DNA of 55,062 bases from Kiritimatiellia bacterium (GTDB lineage: Bacteria > Verrucomicrobiota > Kiritimatiellia > RFP12 > UBA1067). Numbering within the stretch: the stretch's first letter is position 1; every line of letters starts with the position of its first letter. Below, piece after piece: positions 20,417-29,109 of the stretch. The translations under genes and the position numbers were made by a program. Under the pieces are notes generated by a model. The model worked only from the letters and a program-made list of their open reading frames with translations. It made no database searches and was not told the origin of the DNA. Location of the stretch: the NCBI GenBank assembly GCA_045630425.1, contig JAZQTB010000051.1, positions 1-55,062 on the forward strand, read 5' to 3'.

Positions 20417-20920
20417 TTACGCCTTTCCCTGGGATTTCCTTTTTTCCAAATTGGCCTGAACTACATCCGTCACAAAAGGAGCCGTATCGCCGCCGTAGCT
20501 GGCGATTTCGCGGACGGTGGACGCCGTAACATACGCGAGATTCTCGCTCGGCATCATGAAGAGAGTTTCAATTTCCGGAGCCATGCGCCTGTTGATGAGC
20601 GCCATCTGGAATTCGTATTCGAAATCGCTGTAGACCCTCACGCCGCGCAGCACGACCCGCGCCCCCTCGCGACGGCAGAAATCGACGAGAAGCGTGTCGA
20701 GAATCTTGACCTCGACATTACCCAAACCGGCCTTTTCGGCGTCTTCGCGGATCATTTTGAGGCGCTCTTCGCCCGAAAACATTGCCTTATCTTTCGTGCT
20801 CGTGGCCGCCACGGCGACAATGAGTTTGTCGTAGAGCTTGGCCCCGCGTACGATAAGATCAAAGTGGCCCTTCGTCATAGGGTCAAAGGTGCCGGGATAT
20901 ACTGCGATTTTTTCTGCCAT
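20417..20920 (-). CDS. coaD: Pantetheine-phosphate adenylyltransferase
   Basis: YPGTFDPMTKGH and RGVR...DFEYE.QMA..NR motifs. Confidence 0.96.
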   Translation of the reverse strand: MAEKIAVYPGTFDPMTKGHFDLIVRGAKLYDKLIVAVAATSTKDKAMFSGEERLKMIREDAEKAGLGNVEVKILDTLLVDFCRREGARVVLRGVRVYSDFEYEFQMALINRRMAPEIETLFMMPSENLAYVTASTVREIASYGGDTAPFVTDVVQANLEKRKSQGKA

Positions 20921-20931
20921 AATTATCTGAT

Positions 20932-20940
20932 ATTATAGCA
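20932..20940 (-). promoter_or_regulatory. Extended -10 promoter 11 nt upstream of the coaD ATG
   Basis: TGCTATAATatcagataattATG. Confidence 0.6.
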
Positions 20941-20968
20941 AAAAAGGATGTGGAGCGGGGACTGTTTT

Positions 20969-20986
20969 GTAATCGGTTAGTCGAAT
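20969..20986. repeat. 18-bp intergenic sequence GTAATCGGTTAGTCGAAT, copy 1
   Basis: Identical to 54923-54940. Confidence 0.85.
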
Positions 20987-21013
20987 TCGATGTTTGAGCG
21001 GAGAGGATTATTA

Positions 21014-21022
21014 TGATATAAT
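21014..21022 (+). promoter_or_regulatory. Extended -10 promoter 10 nt upstream of the rhaB ATG
   Basis: TGATATAATtcaccgcgttATG. Confidence 0.6.
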
Positions 21023-21032
21023 TCACCGCGTT

Positions 21033-22454
21033 ATGAAAAACTATCTTGCCATTGACATCGGGGCCAGTTCGGGACGCCACATCCTCGGAACCGTGAAGGA
21101 CGGGCGCATCCATCTTGAAGAGATCTACAGATTCGACAACGGCCAGATCCGCAGGAACGGGCACGACTGCTGGGATATCGAAAAGCTGACCGAATCCGTC
21201 AAAGCGGGAATCGAAGCGGCGCTTTCCAAACATGAAATCGAATCGATCGGAATAGACACCTGGGGTGTCGATTTCGTGCTTCTTGACGAAAACGGAGAAC
21301 TGTGCTCCGATGCCGTGGCGTATCGCGACGGGCGCACCAAAAACGCCGATATCGAGATCGAGGCCTCGGTTCTGCCGTTTGCGGACCTCTATTCGCGCAC
21401 GGGCATCCAAAAAGCCAGCTACAACACGATCTATCAGCTCTGGGCCCTGAAGAAGGAATCGCCCGAACAGCTCGATAAGGCGGCGCATTTTCTCACCGTC
21501 CCCGAATATCTGAACTACAGGCTCACCGGCAACATCGTTCATGAATATACCGACTCCTCGACAACGGCGCTCCTCGACGCCGCGAAAAAGGATTGGGACT
21601 TCAATCTGATCGGGAAACTCGGACTGCCCGCGCGAATCTTCGGAAAACTCGAAATGCCGGGGACCGAAGTCGGAAAATACAAGGGCGTAAAGGTGGTTCT
21701 TCCCGCCATGCACGACACCGCGAGCGCATACCTCGCCGTTCCCGCGCGTGACGACAAGGCCGTCTACCTTTCGAGCGGCACCTGGTCGCTGCTCGGCGTC
21801 GAGAACTCTTCACCGATCACGACCCCGGAAAGCTGCGAGGCGAACTTCACCAACGAAGGCGGCGCGTGGGGGCGCTACAGATACCTTAAGAACATCATGG
21901 GCTTATGGATGATCCAGTCGATCCGCCGCGAGCTGAACCAGGTCGAATACGTGGAGGGGAAAGGCTCCGAAGCCACGAGGGAGGCGCTACTGAACATCGC
22001 GGATTACGAACCCGGCCGGAAATATTCGTTCGCCGAACTTGAAATGACCGCGCGCGACTCCGCGGACTACAACGTCACGATCGACGTCAACGACCAGCGC
22101 TTCATAAACCCCGCGTCGATGATCGGCGAGGTTCTTTCGGCGGCCGCCGAAGAGGGCGAACGGCCGTCGACCATAGGCGAACTTATGCGGTGCGTCTACC
22201 ATTCGCTGGCCGAATGCTACGCCGCGGCCATCTCGACCCTGTCGTACATCACGGGCAAGACCTACACCTCGATCAACATCGTCGGCGGCGGCAGCAAGGA
22301 CAAGTATCTGAACACGCTCACGGCCGAAGCCACGGGGCTTGAGGTTTTCGCGGGGCCGACCGAAGGAACCGCGATCGGAAATCTCATCGTCCAGATGATA
22401 TCCGCCGGCGAATTCTCCGATCTGGCGGAAGCGAGAAAAGCGATAGAGCGCTGA
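21033..22454 (+). CDS. rhaB: Rhamnulokinase (FGGY sugar kinase)
   Basis: AIDIGASSGR, IDTWGVDF, YRDGRT, HDTASA, SSGTWSL, FTNEGG and LKNIMGLW motifs. Confidence 0.88.
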   Translation: MKNYLAIDIGASSGRHILGTVKDGRIHLEEIYRFDNGQIRRNGHDCWDIEKLTESVKAGIEAALSKHEIESIGIDTWGVDFVLLDENGELCSDAVAYRDGRTKNADIEIEASVLPFADLYSRTGIQKASYNTIYQLWALKKESPEQLDKAAHFLTVPEYLNYRLTGNIVHEYTDSSTTALLDAAKKDWDFNLIGKLGLPARIFGKLEMPGTEVGKYKGVKVVLPAMHDTASAYLAVPARDDKAVYLSSGTWSLLGVENSSPITTPESCEANFTNEGGAWGRYRYLKNIMGLWMIQSIRRELNQVEYVEGKGSEATREALLNIADYEPGRKYSFAELEMTARDSADYNVTIDVNDQRFINPASMIGEVLSAAAEEGERPSTIGELMRCVYHSLAECYAAAISTLSYITGKTYTSINIVGGGSKDKYLNTLTAEATGLEVFAGPTEGTAIGNLIVQMISAGEFSDLAEARKAIER

Positions 22455-22483
22455 ACGCCCCCTTTGTCCGGCTCTACCGGGGT

Positions 22484-24709
22484 TCATCCGCCGGATTTTA
22501 CGGTCTCGACCGTAAAGGAGACTTCCGCCTTCACCCCTTCCGCCGTAACGCAGACGAGCGTATGCTCCCCCGGTCGCATGTCGAGAACTAAAGGCTCGCT
22601 TCCGAGCGTTTCACCGGCGGAAACGCCGTCCAAAAACCACCAAAGGCGCGACGAGGAGGGATTGCCGGCCACCTTCACCACTATCTTCTGCTGCGCCATC
22701 GCTTCGACATGTTCAAATCTGGCGCCGTCTGAAGGCTGAAGAATCGAAAGTTTCGACGCCTTCGCGACACGCGAATAGAAGGCCTCAAGAAGAGGATCCG
22801 TCCTTTCGACCACCTTGCCTTCCAGATCGCGGCGGTGCGCCTGGCACAATCTCGCGCTCGCCGTGCGCTTTGAATAGAGGGCCTCGACGGAAGACGGACA
22901 ATCGGGATTGGCGGGATGTCCCGACACGGAACAGATTTTGCGCGTAGAAACGCCGTCGGGCACGGCGAACCATTTCGGATTCGATCCGGATTCGACGGCT
23001 CTGGCGATCTCCCACGCCAGAGGAGCCGCGATTTCCGCGCCGACGACGGTCCTGTCGCCGGGCTTTCCGGAAACGTGACCGCACCAGACGCCGATTACGT
23101 AATCGGGATTCCAGGCGACCGTCCATGCGTCGCAGAACGCCGAACTCGTCCCCGTTTTCCACGCGAAGCGCGGCGCGTTCACATCGGCGATATGACCCAG
23201 CGCCGCCATCGAACGCGCGGGAGAAGAAAGGATTTCGCTCACGAGATACGCGCTCTCGGGCGAAAACGGCTCTCCCTGGCTCCCGCCCGCCGCCCTCGCC
23301 AGACGGGCGTATGCGAGAGTAAGCTCTTCAAGAGTGACGGTCACGTTCCCTATCGCCATCCCCAGACCGCTCCGCGCATCCCCGTAGCCTATGCTGTTCA
23401 GTCCGGCGGTTCTCAAAAGAGCCCCGAATCTGTCGACGCCGAACTTCTCTAAGAGACGCACGAACGGCATGTTGAGCGACAGCACGAGCGAATCGTCGAG
23501 CGAAACTGCGCCGCGCCATTTCGCGTCGAAATTGGACGGAACGTATCCGTTGTACGTTCTGGGTATGTCAAGAAGCATCTCCCCCGGAGAGACGATTCCG
23601 CCGTCGATCGCGAAAGCCGCGAGAAACGGCTTCAGCGTCGATCCGGCAGACCTTGGAGCCAGCGCGGTATTGACCTGCCCGGCCTTATCGGCGAAATAGT
23701 CCGCGCTCACCGCCATAGCCGTGACTTCTCCCGTGGGAACCCTGCGCACGACGACCGCAACGTCGCACCCTTTATCGCTCTTCGTCCGCTGAACGCACTC
23801 TTGCGCTAAACGCTGAAGTTCAGGTTCGAGCGGGGTCGTGATATCGCACGAAACGCGAGACCCGTTTCCATCGCGCCGGAATCTGGAGATATAGTAATCG
23901 CAGTAATGCGGATATTCGAACGGTCTCGGACGGCGGCGCAGTTCGGGTTTCACGCCGCGCGCCGCGTCCGCCTGCTCTTCGCTCGCGAACCCGAGGCGCA
24001 CCATCCTGTCGAGAACGTAATTGCGGCGTTTCAGCGCAAGGTCGTAGTTCCTGTCCGGCCTGAACCGCGAGGGAGCCTGCACCATGCCGGCCAGCAGAGC
24101 CGCCTCCGCAAGCGTCAGCGACTTCGCGCTTTTTCCGAACCAGCCGTCGGCGGCGGCCTCGATGCCGATGAAATTCGAACCGAACGGAGCTCGGTTCAGA
24201 TACTGCGATATTATCCAGAGTTTATCTTTTTGGCGTTCCATTTTCAACGCCTGGACAGCTTCGACGAATTTCGCGGCGTAGGTCTTCCTGTGGGGTTTTA
24301 TAAGACGCACCGTCTGCATTGAGATCGTCGACGCCCCCGAAACGCGGCGCCGGTTCACCAGGTTCTGCCACGCCGCCCGGAGAACGCTCAACGGCCTTAC
24401 CCCGCAATGCCCGAAAAATGTCCCGTCTTCCGAGGCGACAAGAGCCTTTACGATCCAGTCGTCCTTCGCGGCCCTGTAAAAAGGTCGAGAATCGATATCC
24501 CCTGGGCCGAGAGAGACACGTATTATCGCTCCCCGCGCGTCCCTGAGGACGATGCCGCCGGGATAGTCGTCGGCCCCGTCCGCCGACCAGCCGATGAGCA
24601 TATACGACAGCAGCGCAAAAACCATAACTCCGGACAGAAGGAATACCGGAAGCGTTTTGAGCCGGAAAAGTTTTCTTGTCTTATCAGAACGACAGGGCAC
24701 CGAGAGCAT
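22484..24709 (-). CDS. pbpC: Penicillin-binding protein 1C (bifunctional TG/TP)
   Basis: ED..F..H.GV and GASTISMQ transglycosylase motifs; STLK, SLN and KTGTS transpeptidase motifs; C-terminal BiPBP_C-like domain. Confidence 0.88.
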   Translation of the reverse strand: MLSVPCRSDKTRKLFRLKTLPVFLLSGVMVFALLSYMLIGWSADGADDYPGGIVLRDARGAIIRVSLGPGDIDSRPFYRAAKDDWIVKALVASEDGTFFGHCGVRPLSVLRAAWQNLVNRRRVSGASTISMQTVRLIKPHRKTYAAKFVEAVQALKMERQKDKLWIISQYLNRAPFGSNFIGIEAAADGWFGKSAKSLTLAEAALLAGMVQAPSRFRPDRNYDLALKRRNYVLDRMVRLGFASEEQADAARGVKPELRRRPRPFEYPHYCDYYISRFRRDGNGSRVSCDITTPLEPELQRLAQECVQRTKSDKGCDVAVVVRRVPTGEVTAMAVSADYFADKAGQVNTALAPRSAGSTLKPFLAAFAIDGGIVSPGEMLLDIPRTYNGYVPSNFDAKWRGAVSLDDSLVLSLNMPFVRLLEKFGVDRFGALLRTAGLNSIGYGDARSGLGMAIGNVTVTLEELTLAYARLARAAGGSQGEPFSPESAYLVSEILSSPARSMAALGHIADVNAPRFAWKTGTSSAFCDAWTVAWNPDYVIGVWCGHVSGKPGDRTVVGAEIAAPLAWEIARAVESGSNPKWFAVPDGVSTRKICSVSGHPANPDCPSSVEALYSKRTASARLCQAHRRDLEGKVVERTDPLLEAFYSRVAKASKLSILQPSDGARFEHVEAMAQQKIVVKVAGNPSSSRLWWFLDGVSAGETLGSEPLVLDMRPGEHTLVCVTAEGVKAEVSFTVETVKSGG

Positions 24710-25652
24710 CTTCCAGTTTTGCGCGCGCCACCCCGTCGCGTTCGGCGGCTGAATTAGAGCCTAAAACGACCACTATCGCCCTTTTGCCGCCGCGCTTGCC
24801 GGTAAGCACCACTGAGCTTCCGCCGGCGTTGATGTAACCCGTCTTCAGACCGTCGGCGGCCTCGGTTCCGTCGGGATTGACGATCTTCAGCTTGTCCTTC
24901 ACCATCACGTTGTTGTGATTTACGAACCTTACGGCGCCCTGCGCCGGAAGATCGAGCTCGCAGACTTTAACGGACGTGTATTTTAAGATCTCGGGATGGG
25001 TCTTTATCAGAGCCTGCGACATTTTTGCGAGATCGCGGCACGTCGAGACATTGAAGCCGTCGGTATCCGCAGCCTTATACGGCGGCAACCCGTTGGGATT
25101 GTAGAACTTCGTCGAATTCATCCCGAGCTCACGGGCCTTTCCGTTCATCCGCGCGACAAAGGCCTCCATCGTCCCGGAGCATTTCTCGGCAAGAAACACG
25201 GCGGCGTCGTTGGCGCTCTTGACCATAATGGCCTTGAGCATATCGTCGACGCTTACCGACTGACCGGGTCTAAGCCCGATCGCGCTCGGCTGACGCAGAT
25301 GCACGTCGCGTTTCGTCCTGGTGGGCGAAGCGACAACCTGATCCGACAACGAAAGCCTGCCCTCTTTAACATCGTCAAGAACGAGAAACGCCGTCATAAG
25401 CTTGGTAACGCTCGCGGGATAGGCGGGAGTGTCGGCGTTGTCGGCGAAGAGAACGCTCCCCGTATCCGCGTCGATCGAAAGCGCCCCGACGTACGGAGAG
25501 CGCCGGTAGCGCGACTGGACGGAAGAATCAGGCCTTGCGCTCTGTACGGACCGTTGAGACGCTTTTCGCCGATTGAGCGGCGCGGCGGCGCGTGTTTCGG
25601 CGAACGAAAAGGCGAGCGCCGCCGCCAAAAGTATTCTCAGGGACAATTTCAC
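24684..25652 (-). CDS. D-Ala-D-Ala carboxypeptidase (peptidase S11)
   Basis: ASVTKLMT, SAN, NPNGL and KTG motifs; true start is probably GTG 25652 (signal peptide, GTGA overlap), not 26270. Confidence 0.9.
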   Translation of the reverse strand: MKLSLRILLAAALAFSFAETRAAAPLNRRKASQRSVQSARPDSSVQSRYRRSPYVGALSIDADTGSVLFADNADTPAYPASVTKLMTAFLVLDDVKEGRLSLSDQVVASPTRTKRDVHLRQPSAIGLRPGQSVSVDDMLKAIMVKSANDAAVFLAEKCSGTMEAFVARMNGKARELGMNSTKFYNPNGLPPYKAADTDGFNVSTCRDLAKMSQALIKTHPEILKYTSVKVCELDLPAQGAVRFVNHNNVMVKDKLKIVNPDGTEAADGLKTGYINAGGSSVVLTGKRGGKRAIVVVLGSNSAAERDGVARAKLEDALGALSF

Positions 25653-26476
25653 TTTATGGTATGCCGGGTAGCCTTGACGAGAGTTTTCCAGAGCGAGGCA
25701 GGATCCTGCGCCGCAAGAACGGCGTCGAGATTCTCCTTCTTGGAGAACGACTGTATGATACCGGACATAAGGCGGAGATAGAAAGCCGAAACAGCGACCG
25801 GAATGGCGGAGAGGAAAACGACGTGGACCTTTTCGCCGTCCCAGTCGATGCCCTTTTTGGAAACGCCCATCGCGAGCGTAAGTCCGCCGCCTTCGACGCC
25901 GCGGACGTGGGGGAACGCCAGCGAGCCGCCTATGGCCGTCGAAAGAACGCCCTCGCGGTTCATCGCGGCCGCGACGAGGGAATCGGCGTTGCTGATGAAC
26001 TTGTTCTTCTCCATCAGTTTCGCGAGAGCCGTGATCGCTCCCTCGGAGGTGTCGGCGTCGAGGTCGGCGAGCATAAGCTCTTCGGCGCTGAAGCGCGAAA
26101 TCCCGGTCTTGGGTTCGTCGCGGTCGTAACGTTCGGAGACATTGTGGGCGGCGTCGGCGTCGGACGCGAAAAGGATACGGCCGCAGCTCGAGCAGGTGAC
26201 GAGGTGCTTCGCGAGGCGGACCTGCTGACTCTGGGCGATCGGAACCTGCATGCCGCACACGGAACAGCATCCGTTGGACATCGCCGCTATCACGATATGG
26301 CTCTTTTTGTAAAGCCGGGAGTAAAGCCCGGCCACCTGGGGATCCAGCTTGTCCTGAAGGTCGGCGATGGCGTCGTTGAGAGAATCGAGATGGCTCCCGT
26401 CGCCGGTCTGATGATGTTCGTCGCGCGTGAGAACGAGCTCCTGGAGCTGCTGGAGATTGTTGAGTTGACTTTTCAT
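25649..26476 (-). CDS. C4 zinc-ribbon (zf-RING_7/CdsZ-like) fused to a PTS EIIA type-2 domain
   Basis: CSVC...CSSCGRILF, then RE...ST.IG..LAFPH carrying the phospho-His. Confidence 0.85.
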   Translation of the reverse strand: MKSQLNNLQQLQELVLTRDEHHQTGDGSHLDSLNDAIADLQDKLDPQVAGLYSRLYKKSHIVIAAMSNGCCSVCGMQVPIAQSQQVRLAKHLVTCSSCGRILFASDADAAHNVSERYDRDEPKTGISRFSAEELMLADLDADTSEGAITALAKLMEKNKFISNADSLVAAAMNREGVLSTAIGGSLAFPHVRGVEGGGLTLAMGVSKKGIDWDGEKVHVVFLSAIPVAVSAFYLRLMSGIIQSFSKKENLDAVLAAQDPASLWKTLVKATRHTIK

Positions 26477-26850
26477 GATTTTACTCTTCTTTCGATATAT
26501 GTTCTTATTTTATCCAAAGTTTCCGCCGAAAGGATGTGCTCCATCCTGCATGCGTCCTCGTCGGCCGTGTCGGACGCGACGCCGAGACTGAGAAGAAACG
26601 ACTTAAGCAGTTTGTGGCGCGCGAGAACGCTTTTCGCGAGACGCTCGCCTTTTTTCGTCAGTTCGATCGACGAATACGGCTCCTGCGTCACGAGTTCAAG
26701 CCCCTTGAGCTCGTGAAGCGCCTTCACCACGCTCGGCATTTTAACCCCGAGCGATCTGGCGACGTCGCGAACGCAGGCGCTGCCCGTATCCTTTATCAGG
26801 AGATGGATCGTTTCGAGATAATCCTCAAGACTCTGCGTCATCGCCCCCAT
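26473..26850 (-). CDS. DtxR/MntR family metal-dependent transcription regulator
   Basis: SLEDYLETI, HTH, RH and DACRMEH motifs. Confidence 0.92.
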   Translation of the reverse strand: MGAMTQSLEDYLETIHLLIKDTGSACVRDVARSLGVKMPSVVKALHELKGLELVTQEPYSSIELTKKGERLAKSVLARHKLLKSFLLSLGVASDTADEDACRMEHILSAETLDKIRTYIERRVKS

Positions 26851-26853
26851 CGA

Positions 26854-27924
26854 TCAACTCCCGAACGGACTGGTCTTCTTCATCAGGTGGGCGAACTTCA
26901 CCGCCTCGATCGAATCCTCAAGCTGCAGCGGGAACGGGGCGGCCGTGCGGACGGAATCGTAGACGCACCTCCAGAACGCGCTCGGCCCGTGAAGAGTGTC
27001 CTTAGGAAGGGATACCTCGCAAGTGACGACGGGAACGTCCTCGTGCATGTCGGCGAGAGGAGGCGTTCTCACGCTGGAACGGCGGCGCGAAAACCTGTAC
27101 TCCGGATCGACCACGGTGAGAGTGCCGGACGGCGAATCGGCGTTCACCGAAAAAACCCCGCGTTCGCCGCGTATCACGAACGAAGGCGATCTGCTGGGCG
27201 GGAGAACGCCGCCGTTGAATTCGATGTCGGCGGAAATCTGAGTCCGCGTCTTGAGATTGACGTGGGCGTAGTCTTCGGCGTCGCCGAGAGAAGCGACCCG
27301 CTTAAGCTCGCTCCACATCTGAATCGGCGGCTGCGGCAGAATCTTGAGGGCCTGGAGGATAAGATCCGTCATCGCGTAGTACGCGGCCCCGCCGCCGAGA
27401 CGCTTCACCGTCTGCCAGTCGTCGCGGCGGATAAAATCCTCGCGGCGGATGCATATCTGATATATCTCTCCGAGGCGCGGATCCCCCATCATGGATTTCG
27501 CCAGCAGGAAGTCCGGCGCGAAAAGTCCGCGCTGGAGAACGAGAAGACGGTTCTTCGCCTTGGTCGCCGCCCCGCGCAAAAGCTGCGCGTCATCGAGCGT
27601 AAGCGCCATCGGAGATTCGAGAAGCGTCCACAGCCCGCGCTCGAGCGACATGAGAGCGTGCTTGACGTGATCGGTCGAGCACGTCGCGATATCCACGAGA
27701 TCGATGTCGCGCTCGTCGAGCATGTCGGAAAACCGCCTGAACATCTTGCAGTCGGGGAAATCGCCCGCGATCATGTCGCGGCGCTCCTTTATGATGTCGC
27801 ACGCGGCGACGATCTTGAAAAGCGCGGGATGCGCCTTGAAGACGGGATAATGGCTCGAGAAGAACGAGCGTCCCAGTCCGACGACTGCCACGCGCACCGG
27901 CGGGCGATGGTATTCAAGCCTCAT
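26854..27924 (-). CDS. Gfo/Idh/MocA family oxidoreductase
   Basis: VAVVGLG Rossmann fold, D.VDIAT...H, ESPMA (variant of EKP) and WQT....GGG motifs. Confidence 0.85.
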   Translation of the reverse strand: MRLEYHRPPVRVAVVGLGRSFFSSHYPVFKAHPALFKIVAACDIIKERRDMIAGDFPDCKMFRRFSDMLDERDIDLVDIATCSTDHVKHALMSLERGLWTLLESPMALTLDDAQLLRGAATKAKNRLLVLQRGLFAPDFLLAKSMMGDPRLGEIYQICIRREDFIRRDDWQTVKRLGGGAAYYAMTDLILQALKILPQPPIQMWSELKRVASLGDAEDYAHVNLKTRTQISADIEFNGGVLPPSRSPSFVIRGERGVFSVNADSPSGTLTVVDPEYRFSRRRSSVRTPPLADMHEDVPVVTCEVSLPKDTLHGPSAFWRCVYDSVRTAAPFPLQLEDSIEAVKFAHLMKKTSPFGS

Positions 27925-28364
27925 TTCTTTACGATCTCCGTTATGGCCGACAAGAATTGGGCTACATCGGTGAAGCGTCTGTATACGCTGGCGAAACGTA
28001 TATAGGCGACCTCATCAACCCTGTGAAGCTCTTCCATCACGAGTTCGGCGATGGTCCCGGACTTGACCTCGTCGCCGTCGAGACCGGCGACAACATGGTC
28101 GATCATCGTCCGGATCTGCTCGTCGCTGACGGGACGTTTGCCGCATGCGTGGCGGATCGCCTTATCGACCTTCTGGCGGTCGAACGGCTGGCGCGACCCG
28201 TCGCTTTTCACGACGAGAACCTCGTCGCGGTCGATCTCTTCGTAGGTTGTGAAGCGGTACCCGCAGCAGAGACATTCGCGGCGGCGGCGGATCGCGGCGC
28301 CCTCGCGCGCGGTGCGCGAATCGAGCACCTTGTCGTTGTCTTCAGAGCATTTGGGACACTTCAT
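27921..28364 (-). CDS. nrdR: Transcriptional repressor NrdR
   Basis: CPKC...VLDSR...RRRREC..CG.RFTTYE, ATP-cone, AYIRFASVY. Confidence 0.97.
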   Translation of the reverse strand: MKCPKCSEDNDKVLDSRTAREGAAIRRRRECLCCGYRFTTYEEIDRDEVLVVKSDGSRQPFDRQKVDKAIRHACGKRPVSDEQIRTMIDHVVAGLDGDEVKSGTIAELVMEELHRVDEVAYIRFASVYRRFTDVAQFLSAITEIVKK

Positions 28365-28373
28365 TCGGCTGTT

Positions 28374-29051
28374 TCACTTTCCGTTGGGACACATCGTGCA
28401 GTGACGGCAATCGAGATTCACCGGCAGCGGCGGAGGCGCGCCTCGGCGCCTCGCGTTCCATTCCCCTATCCGGTTGACAAGCGCCAGGAGAAGTCCGAGA
28501 GCGATGAATCCTCCGGCCGGAAGAATCGCGAGAGTCACAGGAGAGTCGAAGACGTTCCTGACGGCGATGTCGCCCCAGAGCGTTATCGAGCCGGAGCCGA
28601 TCAGTTCGCGCACGGTCCCGACGAATGCGAGGGCGAGGGTGAAGCCCAGCCCGGAACCGAGACCGTCGGCGAATGAAAGGATGACGCCGTTCTTGCTCGC
28701 GAACGCTTCCGCCCGTCCAAGTATTATGCAGTTGACCACGATGAGCGGGATGAAGATTCCGAGCGACTCCGAAAGCGCGGGCAGAAACGCCTTCATCAGA
28801 AGATCCACCGCTGTCACGAATGTCGCGATGATCACGATGTAGCACGGAATATGAACCGCCGCCGGGATCACCCTGCGCAGCGCCGAAACGAGCACGTTGG
28901 AGCAGATGAGAACGAACGTAGCCGCGAGCCCCATGCCGAGGGAGTTCTCAAGGCTCGTCGTTACCGCTAATGTGGGGCACAGTCCGAGAACGAGCCGGAA
29001 AATCGGATTGTTCTTGAATATACCGTACCAGAATGTCAGTAGAGTTTTCAT
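28374..29051 (-). CDS. rnfE: Electron transport complex subunit RnfE/RsxE
   Basis: NP...LVLGLCPTLAVT and LGIFIPLIVVNCIILGRAEAFA motifs; Cys-rich tail. Confidence 0.92.
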   Translation of the reverse strand: MKTLLTFWYGIFKNNPIFRLVLGLCPTLAVTTSLENSLGMGLAATFVLICSNVLVSALRRVIPAAVHIPCYIVIIATFVTAVDLLMKAFLPALSESLGIFIPLIVVNCIILGRAEAFASKNGVILSFADGLGSGLGFTLALAFVGTVRELIGSGSITLWGDIAVRNVFDSPVTLAILPAGGFIALGLLLALVNRIGEWNARRRGAPPPLPVNLDCRHCTMCPNGK

Positions 29052-29063
29052 AATAGTGTCTTA

Positions 29064-29092
29064 ATTATACTTTTTTTCGGCTTCCCGCGCAA
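29064..29092 (-). promoter_or_regulatory. Sigma70-type promoter of the rnfE-nrdR unit
   Basis: TTGCGC-17 nt-TATAAT, with the -10 box 12 nt from the ATG. Confidence 0.65.
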
Positions 29093-29109
29093 GCACGAAA
29101 ATCCATTTT

